Shown: piece by piece, positions 10,601 through 22,600 of the stretch
Numbering within the stretch: position 1 is the first letter of the stretch
Layout of the letters: each line of letters begins with the position of its first letter
NCBI GenBank assembly: GCA_951804945.1
Contig: OX638161.1
Location: 47,244,001 to 47,308,000, forward strand
Source of the DNA: Podarcis cretensis
Taxonomy: Eukaryota
Reading direction: 5' to 3'
Length of the DNA: 64,000 bases
Position numbers and translations under genes: made by a program
Notes under the pieces: generated by a model
Told to the model about the DNA's origin: nothing
The model's database searches: none
The model's input: only the letters and a program-made list of their open reading frames with translations

Positions 10601-13600
10601 TGTGACACTCAGAAAAACCTCATGGCTGTGATTGGAGGACTCAATTCTCACACTTCTATCCACATGGCAGATATCATAAGTCTCTACAGGATTCCACAGG
10701 TAGAATCAATGCATAGGGGAATATGGGGAAGTTTCCTTTACTATTCTTTTATTCAGAAGGAAAAGAGAAATATTAGTCTGAGATAGAAATAACCTGGAAA
10801 TTTCATTATTTCCCATAACTAGAAATTCCACCAGTTTCTCCTTCCTTCCTTCCTTCCTTCCTTCCTTCCTTTCTTTCTTTCTTTCTTTCTTTCTGATTAG
10901 AATTGTGCCTACAAATTTCTTAAGGAAATTTTCTGCTAAATTATCATTTTCTTTTAGCTCACCTATGGCTCATTTCCTTCAGAGGAGAGTCAATCAATGC
11001 AGAAGTCTTTTTATAGCATGGTCCCAAATGAAGACCTTCAATATGCAGGGATTATCTGGTTACTTCAGTATTTCAGATGGAAATGGGTGGGGCTCTTTGT
11101 TGAAAAAGATGACAGTGGAGAACATTTTTTGGCAATCCTGGAGCCATTGTTTTTCCAGAATGGAATTTGTTCAGCCTTCACAAAAAGAATCCCACTTCAA
11201 GCTCATATACAAGATATGGAAAAAACATTTGGTGAAATGGAAGATATTTATGAAGGTCTCACAGATGAAACGGCTAGTACACTTATTATCTATGGAGCTG
11301 AGGGTACAATTTCATGGCTGAAAACAGCAATCTTTATAATAAATAATAGAAATCAGCAAAATACATCATTTGGAAAGGTTTGGATCATGACAGCCCAGAT
11401 AGATTTTGTATCAGTTGGATATCAGAGAACCTGGAATTTCCAGCTGTTCCAAGGTGCCCTTTCCTTTACAATTCACTCAGAAGAACATCTACAGTTCAGC
11501 CACTTCCTTCAGAACATCCAAATGCACAGGACCAAAGCAGATGGCTTTTTGAAGGACTTCTGGGAGCAGGCATTTGACTGTTTCTATCCAGATCCTGGTA
11601 TGCCAGTCATGGATGATGGAACGTGTACTGGAGAGGAGAGGCTGGATAGTCTCCCTGCAGGTGTTTTTGAAATGCACATGACTGGGCAGAGCTACAGTAT
11701 CTATAATGCTGTCTATGCTGTAGCTCATTCATTGCATGCCATTTCTTCATCCAGATTCCCGCACAGAGCAGTGACTGTTGGTTACAGTGTTGGATCTCTG
11801 CAGTCCTGGCAGGTAATCTAAAACAGCCAAATATTCTCATGTCAATTGATCAATTATGAGAATCAACAGTTCTTTATACTGAGTGAGGCCTTTCAGTCAT
11901 CTGTTTTAGTACTGTGTACAGTAGGAATTTCCAAACTTGGGTCTCCAGGTGTTTTTAGACTACCATTCCCATCATCCCTGACTACTGTTCCTGCTAGCTA
12001 GAAATGATTGTTCTTTTTGTCCAAAAGCAGCTGGAGAACCAAGTTTGGAAAGCCCTGGGTGCTCCGACGGGTTCTGGCTTCCCAGGTTTAAGTGAAGATG
12101 AGATTCCCAGTGTTACCTGAAGATTCTGGCAATTGAATATGGGACCTATCAATGTCAATTCATGTCAATGGACTGATTAGCAGAAGCACAGGAAGTTGCT
12201 TTATGCTAAGTTAGGCCTCACATCCATCTGTTTCAGTGTTGTGTACTCTGTCTGGTTTGGGCTCTCCAGGGTTTCAGACAAGATGAGATTCCCAGTGTCA
12301 CTGGAAGATTATGGGCATTGAATCTGGGCCTTTCCATGAAAGGGAGATGCTCAACCAGGGAGCTGCTACCCTCTTTTCTCATATGTAAAAAACAGCTGCC
12401 AAATTATCCAGCATCTTAGTCACAGATACTCTTTTGCTGGTTTACATTTCATCTTGTAACTTGACCGTGGAATCTGTTTCAATTGGGAACCTCAAATAGT
12501 TTGATTCTTCTTTTTCTTTTTAAATAGATCAACTCATTTCTTCAAAGTGTTTCATTTAACAACTCAGCGGGAGAAACGGTCTCATTTAATGATAAGAGGG
12601 AAATGAGAGGAGGATTTGACATCATGAATCTGGTCACATTCCCAAACACGTCTTTCCAGAGAGTGAAAGTTGGATGGGTGGATCTCATTGATGGAGGTGA
12701 TAAAGAGTTAATCATCAATGAGGAGAAAATTCTATGGCACCAAAGTTTTAACCAGGTACTGATTGTAGTTATCAACCTGCAGAGAGTTTGCCTTGTTAGG
12801 TTATGATTAAAGATTGTCCTGTGGGTGGCATATCAAAAAGCAGTTCCACCCCCAACTCCTCTCATCTTTTTGTACAGGTGCTTCCCTTTTCTTTGTGCAA
12901 TGAAGCCTGCCACTCTGGTCATCAGAAGAAAGGGAAGGAAGGGGAAAAGTTTTGTTGCTATGATTTTGCTCCATGCCCAGAGGGGAAGATTTCAAACCAG
13001 ATTGGTAGGTAATACCCTTGCAGCCTAATAACCACATACAAAAACTGACACACAGACTGGGCTTGAGCTGGGCCAGTTTTATTTAGTGAACATAACAAGA
13101 TCAGCAGAGGAGGATAAATTCAAAAGGCAGAACTATCTTGACCCAGAACTGTAGCCATTGCATGACACACAGGGCTTTTCCCACGCAGAACCAGTGCTTT
13201 TTTTTGGGGGGGGGACACGGTGGGACACGTATCCCTAAACATTTTGTGTTGCCATGACTGAAGTATGGATGGACTTGTTCCCGGTGAGGGTAGTTTGGAG
13301 CGGCTGTGGTCGAGGCGATGGCGCTGCTGCTACTTCTCCTTCTTTTGCCGGTCAAGTAGACCCCTCCGCTGCCGCCACCATTCCCATCCTCTCAGCACCG
13401 CAGCTTCCTCGTGTCCCTTTTCTGGGGCTTGAGAGGGGGTTGGGGGTAGGAAGGGGGGAGGGGAGGGGAGCAGCGAAATGAGAGTACCCCTAAACATTCT
13501 TTTGAAAGAAAACACTGTCCAGAACTCAATGGAACTCAGTTCTCGTACCGCCCAGGTATACACCACTGCCATTCTAAAAGAATGAGGGAGGTGTTCAAGG

Positions 13601-15307
13601 TGAGTTGAAGTTGATTGAACCCTTGTCTCTGGTCTGTTTTGGAGCAGAGCCTGCTCTCCTTCAAAAATTATATCCTGGGGGGGGGGGGGGAGCCCTGATA
13701 GAGGCATCATACTTGGAGGAAACTCAAATCAAACTGAGGAACGGGAGAAGTAGGGGTGTGGCAACCCAGTGACAACCTATGCATACCCTGAAATTGACAG
13801 GAGCTATGTAAGAGAAAGCCTCAGGCCAGCATAGAAAGCATTTGCTACCCTACAATCTCTGGTCGCTTATTGATTTTGAAACCCTGCCTGATCCTGCTTT
13901 GCTTTGCAATTCTGCTAGCAGATTAATTGCTGCTTCACCAGAGGATGCAAGAGTCCTCAGGTATAAATCCTGCTACGATTGTGGGAGAGAGAATAACCAA
14001 AAGCCCCAGCAAAGGAGGGACATCCCTGATAGGTTGGACTGAACCTATTCTTTTTTTTTTTTTTTAAAGGGACTGCCAGGCTGCAATTTAAAGGGAGTAG
14101 ATAGATCCCTGCACAAATGAACAAGTGTCACAGGGGCTGGGAATCAAACCAAAAGGTTTGCTCCTTATATTGGGCCCTAAAGCAGCTGTCCCCTCTCATA
14201 TCACTTTTATATGCGACAATATGTTCACTGCTGGTTGGTGTGCTGTCTCTCATGGCCAATGTGTCCCAATGTGCCTCGGCAGCCAGTACTGCAGCGGCGG
14301 GACAGCCATAATGTACAATTTGTCACAATACAGGGTTCATTCAATGTTCTAGGTCACATGAATCAGAACTGGATTTCTATTTAAGCTTTTGTTTATGTTT
14401 CTCAGATATGGATGCATGTTCCTATTGCCCAGAAGATCAGTATCCAAACAAGGAGAGAAATGGATGCATCCCCAAAGTTATACATTTTTTGTCCTATAAA
14501 GAACCTTTAGGGATCACCTTAGCCTCGTTTAGTGGTTTATGTTCCCTGATTACTGTTTTGGTGCTGGCTATTTTTATCCAGCACAAAGATACCCCCATAG
14601 TCATAGCCAACAACCGAGAGCTCACCTACACTCTCCTGCTCTCCCTCCTGCTCTGCTTCCTCTCCTCTTTGCTTTTCCTCGGCCAACCTGGGAAAGTGAC
14701 CTGCCTTCTCCAACAACCTGCTTTTGGCATCATCTTCTCTGTTGCTGTTTCTTGTGTGTTGGCCAAGACCATCATTGTTTCTTTAGCATTCATAGCCACA
14801 AAGCCAGGATCTAAGATCAAGAAATGGGTGGGAAAGAGACTGGCCCATTCTATTGTTCTTTCAGCTTCCCTCATTCAAGTGGGTATCTGTACTCTGTGGC
14901 TGACAACGTCTCCCCCTTTCCCTGATCTAGACAGGAATTCAGTAGCTGAAGAAACCATTGTGCAATGTAACATTGGGTCTGTCACCATGTTCTATTGTGT
15001 TTTAGGCTACATGGGCCTCTTGGCTCTCACCAGCTTCATTGTGGCCTTCCTGGCCCGCAAGTTACCTGGCAGTTTTAATGAAGCCCAGTTCATCACCTTC
15101 AGTATGTTAGCATTTTGCAGTGTTTGGGTCTCTTTTGTTCCAACCTACCTGAGCACAAGAGGGAAACACATGGTGGCTGTGGAGATCTTCTCCATCTTGG
15201 CCTCCAGTGCTGGGTTACTGGCTTGTATCTTTTCCCCGAAATGCTACATCATTGTGCTGAGGCCTGAACTGAACAGCAGGGATCAATTAATACGAAGAAA
15301 GGATTAA
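7627..15307 (+). CDS. Vomeronasal type-2 receptor (V2R, class C GPCR), gene A, 6 exons, about 870 aa
   Basis: Exons 7627-7835, 10408-10699, 10958-11812, 12528-12755, 12878-13004, 14406-15307. All introns are GT-AG with compatible phases, and the CDS totals 2613 nt. Motifs: signal peptide [10 protein letters not shown]; Venus-flytrap motifs [25 protein letters not shown] and PNYKC; nine-cysteine domain; 7TM motifs [13 protein letters not shown], KLPx[23 protein letters not shown]. An in-frame upstream ATG at 7576 is an alternative start. Confidence 0.93.
7955..9676 (-). mobile_element. L2-clade LINE 3' fragment in intron 1 of gene A
   Basis: RT-like remnants [57 protein letters not shown] and LWNSL. 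TTTA-type tail at the left end. Confidence 0.85.
10842..10893. repeat. (CCTT)n(CTTT)n microsatellite
   Basis: Direct reading; intron 2 of gene A. Confidence 0.9.
11921..12058. mobile_element. Older copy of the same palindromic MITE family in intron 3 of gene A (partial copy at about 26210-26295 in gene B)
   Basis: TTTCCAAACTTGGGTCTCCAG...CTGGAGAACCAAGTTTGGAAA with the core CCCATCATCCCTGAC. Confidence 0.65.
13192..13517. mobile_element. hAT-type MITE in intron 5 of gene A (same family as 22606-22777)
   Basis: CAGTGCTTTT...AAAACACTG termini, shared internal CCCTAAACATT motif, and near-TSD CGCAGAAC/TCCAGAAC. Absent from genes B, C and E. Confidence 0.7.
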
Positions 15308-15989
15308 GCCATCTGTCTTCACTCGTCATACCCTAGGGTCTTTTGGAGAAGGCAGTTGGGAGAAAATACATGCATACAACATTAGTTATAGACATTCACT
15401 TTAAAGTTCTGACTGCATTTCTCTACAAAGTATAAGATGCATTTCAATTTGACATGTTCCACATGTATATTTTCGATTTCCACTCAGGCCTTCATTGGAC
15501 ATTGGTAGCTGTGATGGGTTCCTTCATTTCTGTATGAGAATTTCTCATTTTATCAGTTGAAAATAATAAATCTATTTCTGTTTTAATACATGTGCTGTGC
15601 TTTCTTTCTATTTCTTCTCCCTGGGAGTGTTTTTCAACAAAAAGATGTTGTGGTTGGATAAAACTGTCAGTATCATTTCTCTCAGTTTCTTGTTCTTTTG
15701 TAATTTAGAACTTTAATCCAGTTTTAATTTCCAAAGCAAATTGCAACATACTCCTATTTTTTTAAAAAAAAAAAAATCATCATGATTTTCCCCTGTGTTT
15801 TAGGGGTCATTTATCCTGATATATGAAATATTGGATATAAAATGTTTATAACGTATTTTCATGTTATTTCTGTAAATATATGCTTTTGTTGCACATTTCC
15901 CCCATGATTCTTTTTAAAATACGTAAATAGAAGTCTAACACAGAATGGGATAGGAAAACAAGAACCATTTAATTTTGGATTATTGAGTC

Positions 15990-18835
15990 GTTATGATTTT
16001 GTGCTGAGCTCCAGCTGCAGCCACCCCCTCACTCTGCTATGGTGCTGGGGACAGTAGCCTGATTTGTGGGCATCTTGTGCAGTTTGAAGGCACAATGTGC
16101 ATAATGCTGGGGTGGGGTGGGGACCACACCCAGGTTTTTTCCCTTGTGTGGCAGGCATTCGCCACCATTTTTGTTTGGATACTGGTACTTTGACAAAGCT
16201 ACGCCCACGGGCTGTTCTGTCGCCTGTGCAGCCTTTGAAACCTTCAGCACATTTGTAGAGTGGGCCATGAAGGTGACTTCTGTCTGTCCATACATCATGC
16301 ATTACCTCAATGATTATTTGATTATTGGTCCCCTGGCCCTGCGGCATGTGCACAAGTGTTAGCTGCATTTGTGCACCTTACTGAGGAATTTATCCCGCTT
16401 GCTGCAGAGAAAATGGAAGGCCCAGCAACCATTTTGTCTGACTTGGGTATTGAGTTGGGTTCCCGTCTACCTGAGGTGAAACTGGACACTTTGAAATATC
16501 TATTGTCTGCCATGATCGACGCTAAAAAGACTACACTGAGGCAAGTCCAATCTCTGCTTGGTCATCTCAATTTTGCTTGCAAAGTCATTGCCCAAGGGAG
16601 AGCCTTCTGTGTGCGTCTGGAGCTGCTCACCACTGGGGGGATTGCCTCAACATCACCATATCAGGGTGTCCCACAACATTAAGGAGGGTCTCAAGATCTG
16701 GTTGACTTTTCTTAGGGAATATAATGGAGTGTCATTTTGGCAGCAGCCACTCAACAGAAAAGATGAGCTGAAAGTGCACTCTGACACCTTCGGTCGCTTC
16801 AGCTTTGGAGTGTTCTACGGAGGCTTTGGTGTGCCCATCCTTGGTTGGTGGCCTGGCATTTGGCGGGCATTTGGCGGGAGCTAACCTTTCTTGAATTCTT
16901 TCCCATTCAAGCTGTCCTTCATTTATGGGCATAGCTGTCAACTTTTCCCTTTTTTAAAGAGAAATCCTATTTGAAATAAGGGAATTTCCTTTAAAAAAGG
17001 GGAACGTTGACAGCTATGCCTATGGAGCGAACAGTTTGAGAACACCAGGGTATGCTTTTGGTCTGATAACCAGGCAGTGTAAGAGTCATAGGCAAGTAAT
17101 CGAGTCATCCGGATGCTTTGCTTGTTCATGCTTGAATGCCTCATGGGTAACATTTCCTTCACGGCTCAGTTTGTCCCAGGCCTAAATGACGAAATAGCGG
17201 GGGCCTTATATCGTTTCCAGATGGAGCACTTTCAAGACCTCTCACGAGAGGCAGCTCAGCTTCCAGATGTCTTCCCAGGTGAGCTTTTGGAGATTGGACA
17301 AGAGAAATGACACAGGGAGTATTACATTCCCTAGCGCCTTCCAATAGGAGATCTTATTCTGGGGCATGGGCAGCATTTGAGGGGTTCTGATCCTGCTATG
17401 GCTTTGTTCCCAGACAGGCGGCTTCTGAAGCGGATGTATTGAAATACATTGTTTCCCTTAAGAGGAGAGGCCTGGCCACCAGAACCATGACACTCCATAT
17501 GGCAGCCATATCTTATTTTTGTCGCTTCCTCCAGCAACCACATCCTTGTAATACATTTCATGTTAAGAAGCTGATCGCTGGCTGGAGGCACTTACACACA
17601 CACACCAGCCAGATACTAGAAAACAGATCACATCTGACACCTTACAGCCAATATGGGGCAAGCTGCCTCCAGTTTGCTTGTTCAGGTACAAGGATCACCT
17701 ATTCCGTGCTGCCTACTCCATGGCTTTCTTTGTTGCCTTACATATTGGTGAATGCTCTGGCGGTAATGCTTCCTCCCCCTATTCGGGACTACGCATTGAT
17801 GACATAAGCTTCACTGGGCGTGACCTGGAACTTAGAATCTGTGCCTCTAAAACAGATCAATTGCAGAAGGGCACAAACTTAATGCTGGCCCCCTACCCAC
17901 TCAATGGCCCCTGCCCAGTGCGTGATACTCGTAGGTTCCTAAAAGTCCACCCTGGCTGCACAGGCCCTCTTTTCATTCATGCTACCGCCTATCCTCTGTC
18001 TCATCGCCAATTCACTGGAGTCCTGTGCAAGTCTATTCTGGCATGTGGGGGCAACCCACAATTTTCTGGAAACTCCTTTCGCATTGGAGTTGCAATTACC
18101 ATAGCTGTGTGGGGTTGGGACCCTGCATGCATTAAGGCAATGAGCCAATTGTGCTCTGCGGGTAAACAAGGCTACATCCCTACATCAGCTGTCATTTACC
18201 ATGTCCTTTTAATCCCTTGCTTTTCAAGTTCATGGGAGCCAGAAAAGGACAGATCAGCCATTTGATCCAGAGCATTACCCCCCCCCCCGCAATGTGTTGC
18301 ATTTTTCTTTGCAGGCTAACCCCACTTTTTCCATTCTAGGTTGTGATGTTTCTTTGGTCACACAATAGTTGCTGTTTCCCAGAGCTGGGAATGAATTCCC
18401 CTGCTCTGCAGGATTTGCCTTCCCCATAGCAACTGTCACAACTTTAGCAGTTTTAGGCCTTAGGTAGAATCAGTTGGAGGTGTGGCATGGTAGGAGACCT
18501 CTCATGCAGCGGTGGCATTAGCAGGGCCTAATTAGAGGGGTTTTATGCTCGGGATCAATGACCACGAGTGCTCGGTGTATGGTCAGATTCCCAGAATTGG
18601 GAAGGTGGGGGGCAAATTGCGTAAACTTACGTTCTACAGTGTCCCCCGTATCTCCTATTTACCCCTGTTTCCTTGGTTCCCAGTCAGGGGGCCAAGACCC
18701 AATGCCTAGGCCCAAGTATTCCTGCACCTGCAATTTAATAAAGTTTTGGCCTAATTTAATCCCATACCAAGCTGTGTTTGTGTCTGTTTACTTCTGGCCT
18801 GACTTCTGGGATAGGCAGTCTGTGACAGGGCTCCC
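15990..18835 (+). mobile_element. Second decayed DIRS/Ngaro-type YR retrotransposon (RT, RNase H, YR, 3' terminal repeat)
   Basis: RT: YFDKATPTGCSVACAAFETFST...HYLNDYL and LRQVQSLLGHLNFACKVI. RNase H: HSDTFGRFSFG, FWSDNQAV, FVPGLNDEIAGALYRFQ. YR: SKTDQ and SFRIGVA (17678-18265). The 3' end CCAATGCCTA...AATAAAGTTTTGGCC resembles the terminal block of the first element. Boundaries are approximate. Confidence 0.85.
16930..17018. mobile_element. Short palindromic MITE nested in the RNase H region of the DIRS element
   Basis: Inverted termini CATAGCTGTCAAC...GTTGACAGCTATG. It interrupts the reading AVLHLW|xEQFENTRVCFWSDN. The TSD is degenerate. Confidence 0.7.
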
Positions 18836-19655
18836 AACATGGAAATGCCTAGAACTATTAGAGAACAAGACAGAATCAAGGGAAGTCCACTGAAAGGTAG
18901 TGCAGAAACAAAAACTCTAAAAGTCTTCATAGATTCCCTCTGTCTGGTGTTGAAACAACACATGTGTCATTCCTAGCTCTGACTTCATTCATTGGTGGAA
19001 GACACTGACAGAAGCAGCCAAGGACACTCATATCTAAAATAACATAAAAATACAGAAAATTTCAGCTGAGCATGTCATCACTTTCTTTCTGGAAATATTT
19101 AGGATTACTTTTTAAAAATGAAAGTTCAGGATCTGGGGCCTTTCTCTGGGGTTCACTCAGCATAGAACTCTGCGCTCAAATTCCCCTGTCTCAGTACTGC
19201 AGGGACCAGAGGCAATTGGTTTTGTCCATTTGAAAAAAAAATAAGAATTTAAAAAGTTTTTGAGCAAAAGTGCCACTCAAACGCCAAGATATAATGAAGT
19301 AATTATCTCCCTCTGCAATGATCCAGATCACAATAATTTGTTCAGCTAGACAAAGCTCGCAGGAGTTTCCTAAGGACATCAGAAAACAGTCAACAACCCA
19401 GCATAGTAAGAGCATTAAATATGCTCCTGTGCTAGTGAGATGTAGGAGTGTTGAGCATAGAGGGGGGGGGTCATTATTGTCAACATTTTTATTATTATTA
19501 TAATGGAGTTTTAATAATTTAAGTTCATATTCACAGCATTTGTACACCTGCTGATGCTAAAAAGAAGGCTAAGTGCTACCTCCAAAACAGCTCAATCGAG
19601 ACAGGGGAGGTGTTTGGACAACTCTGCATCTTCCAAGAGAGAGCTTGAAGCTATT

Positions 19656-22600
19656 ATGCTGAGGCTCTTGATGCTGTTGCTGCTGCCTCACACAATGTGT
19701 GAAGGCAGGAGAATGAAGTGCCCTGCAGCTGATCCAATCTTTGTGCCCCATGAATGGGGTCAAGTAGGAGACCTCTTCATTGGTGGGATTGTAAGTCAGA
19801 CCACCTACCTTTTAAAAGACTTTTTATTCAAGGAACATCCTTCTCAGGAGCTGTTTGACATTCCACAGTAAGCAAGAATATCCCTCCCTCCCCTATTTAT
19901 TCTATGCTCCACTGAATCAGCAAATAACAACATGTGTTCTTTGCACGTTCAAAGAAATTCTATTTAGAAATATTTATTTATTGAATTTATATACCGACCT
20001 ATACCTGGACGTCTCAGGGTGGTTCACAGAACAAAATCAAAATATTAAACCACAATATATATAATCCAAATAAAAGCAACAACCCAATAACTCCCATTAA
20101 AAAAGACACCCACATTTTAAAAGGGCATTGGATATAAATCAAATCTACCAAAGGCATGTTTTTGCCTAGTGCCTAAAGGTGCATAATGAAGGCACCAGGC
20201 AAACTACCCTGGGGAGAGCATTCCACAGAAGAGGAGCCACTGCAGACAAGGCCCATTCTCGTGTTGCCACCTCCGGAGGAGGCACACGAAGAAGGGCCTC
20301 AGAAGATGATCTCACAGTCCTGGTAGGTTCATATGGAAAGAGGTGGTCCTTGAGGTTTTGCGGTCCTGAGTCATTTAGGGCTTTATAGGTGCAAACCAGC
20401 ACTTCAAATTTGAATTGGAAACTAATTGTTAGCCAGTGCAGTTGGACCAGCATTGGTGTAATATGCTCAAACCGTCCTGCTCCGGTGAGCAACTTGGCTG
20501 CTGAATTTTCCGAATTGTCTTCAGAGGCAGCCCTACGTATAACATATTGCAGTAATCTAGCCTTGAGGTTAGCAGAGCATAAACAACAGTAGTTAGGCTA
20601 TTTCCAGATAGGGGTGAAGCTGGGCCACCAGCCGAAGTTGATGGAAGGCAAATAGGATCATTGAGGCCACCTTAGCCTCGAGTGACAGCAAAGGGTCCAG
20701 GAATATCCCCAAACTATGAACTTGCTCCTTCAAAGGAAGTGTAACCCCATCAAGAACAGGTGATCTCCCACCCATCTGTTGTAGGGAACCACCCACTAAT
20801 AGTGCCTCTGTGGATTGAGCGTCAGTTTATTCGCTCTCCCCCAGTCCATTACCAAGGGAAGACACTGGTCCAACACATCTACTGCCTCTCCTGCAGTTGT
20901 AAAGAAGGAATACAGCTGAGTGTTATCAGCCTACTGCTCACAATGTACTCCAGATAACCTCACCCAGTGGTTTCATGTACATGTTAAACAACATGGGGGA
21001 TAGAATTGAGCCCTGTGGTCGCCCTGTATGATGTCTTCTGTCGAGAGAGAGGCAAGGAAAACACACACACACATATATATATCCCTGTATATCCTTTTTG
21101 ACCTCTCAGCGGCTTTCAATACCATCCACCATGACATCCTTCTGGAGTGACTCTCCAAACTAGGGGTGGGTGGCACCACTTTGCAGTAGTTCCAGTCCTA
21201 CCTGAATCAAAGCAGGAACAATCAAAGCAGTTTCTGTGCCAAAACCATAAAGGTAAAGGTAAAGGTACCCCTGCCCATACGGGCCAGTCTTGACAGACTC
21301 TGGGGTTGTGCGCCCATCTCACTTAAGAGGCCAGGGGCCAGCGCTGTCCGGAGACACTTCCGGGTCACGTGGCCAGCGTGACATCGCTGCTCTGGCGAGC
21401 CAGAGTCGCACACGGAAACGCCGTTTACCTTCCTGCTGGTAAGCGGTCCCTATTTATCTACTTGCACCCGGAGGTGCTTTCGAACTGCTAGGTTGGCAGG
21501 CGCTGGGACCGAGCAGCGGGAGCGCACCCCGCCGCAGGGATTCGAACCGCCGACCTTTCGATCGGCAAGTCCTAGGCGCTGAGGCTTTAACCCACAGCGC
21601 CACCTGCGCCCCATGTGCCAAAACCATATGGATCCAGAAAATCAGTTTCTTCCAAAAACACCTGGATCTGGTCTGCGACCACTTGCTCCAGAACCTTGCT
21701 CAGGAAAGGGAGATTAGCAACTGGCCGGTAGTTAGTTAGGTTTTCTGAATCAATGGAAGGTTTCTGAATAAGTGGTTTTACCACTGCCTACTCCAAACAG
21801 GGAGCATTGATCACCTCCCTGGCCAAACCAGTTGTTCCTTCCCTGAGGGTTTTTATCAGCCAAGAGGGGCAGGGTCCAAAAGCAGAAGTGTGCCCTGAGT
21901 GATCAAGTATCTTGTCCACATCCTCAAGCCTTACCAACAGAAGCTCATCCAACATAACAAGCCTAGACTGTGCTCTGGACATCCCATTAGATTCATCTGT
22001 TATAACAGCAGAGTCAAGGTTTTGGCAGTTGCAAGCAATTTTATCCTGAAAATGCTTTGCAAACAAGTCACAGTGAACTACCGTTGGTTCAATCACCTCC
22101 TTTGGGGCAGACTGTAAAAGGCCCTGTACAACCTAGGGGAGCTGTGCCAGACAACATAATGATATAGTTCAATAAAGGGCCAGTCCTCCTTCTGAACCGC
22201 TTTCTGAATATTCTGCATAATACTGAGGTTATAGACTATATTAAATTTTCTTTTTGGAAAGCAAACTCCATGTGAAGGAGAAGCAGCATGCTTGGTGAGG
22301 CAGAGCAAGAAAATATTTTGCTGACGATAGGTATCCCCCCTCCAATACTGAGATTGAGAGCAAGAAAATGGTGGAGAGGCAGGCATCTGTGCCAGACTGG
22401 CACCTCGGTAAGAAACAGTCCACCCTCAAATCTCTTGTTAATCAAATAGAAGAAAATTATATATGTAGAGCGCCACAACCACATAGTCACCTTTGACTGG
22501 ATTTAACCATCCAGGGGTCCTTTACCTTTTTACCTTTACTGTATATGTATATGCATATGCGTATAAGTATACATACATATGCATATACATATACGTATGT

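Noticed and set aside
10355-10663. Recurrent antisense or alternative-frame ORFs over V2R exons (MDRSVR..., MQSVSYS..., MFPDYCFG...)
   Set aside because: They recur only because the paralogous exons are near-identical. Lengths vary and there are no independent motifs.
17678-18265. Phage-integrase-like ORF suggesting a prophage or bacterial contamination
   Set aside because: It lies directly downstream of DIRS-type RT and RNase H remnants in a vertebrate context, so it is a retrotransposon tyrosine recombinase.
21538-21613. tRNA gene (A/B box-like sequence)
   Set aside because: It is the tRNA-derived head of a Sauria SINE, with a tail and TSD.
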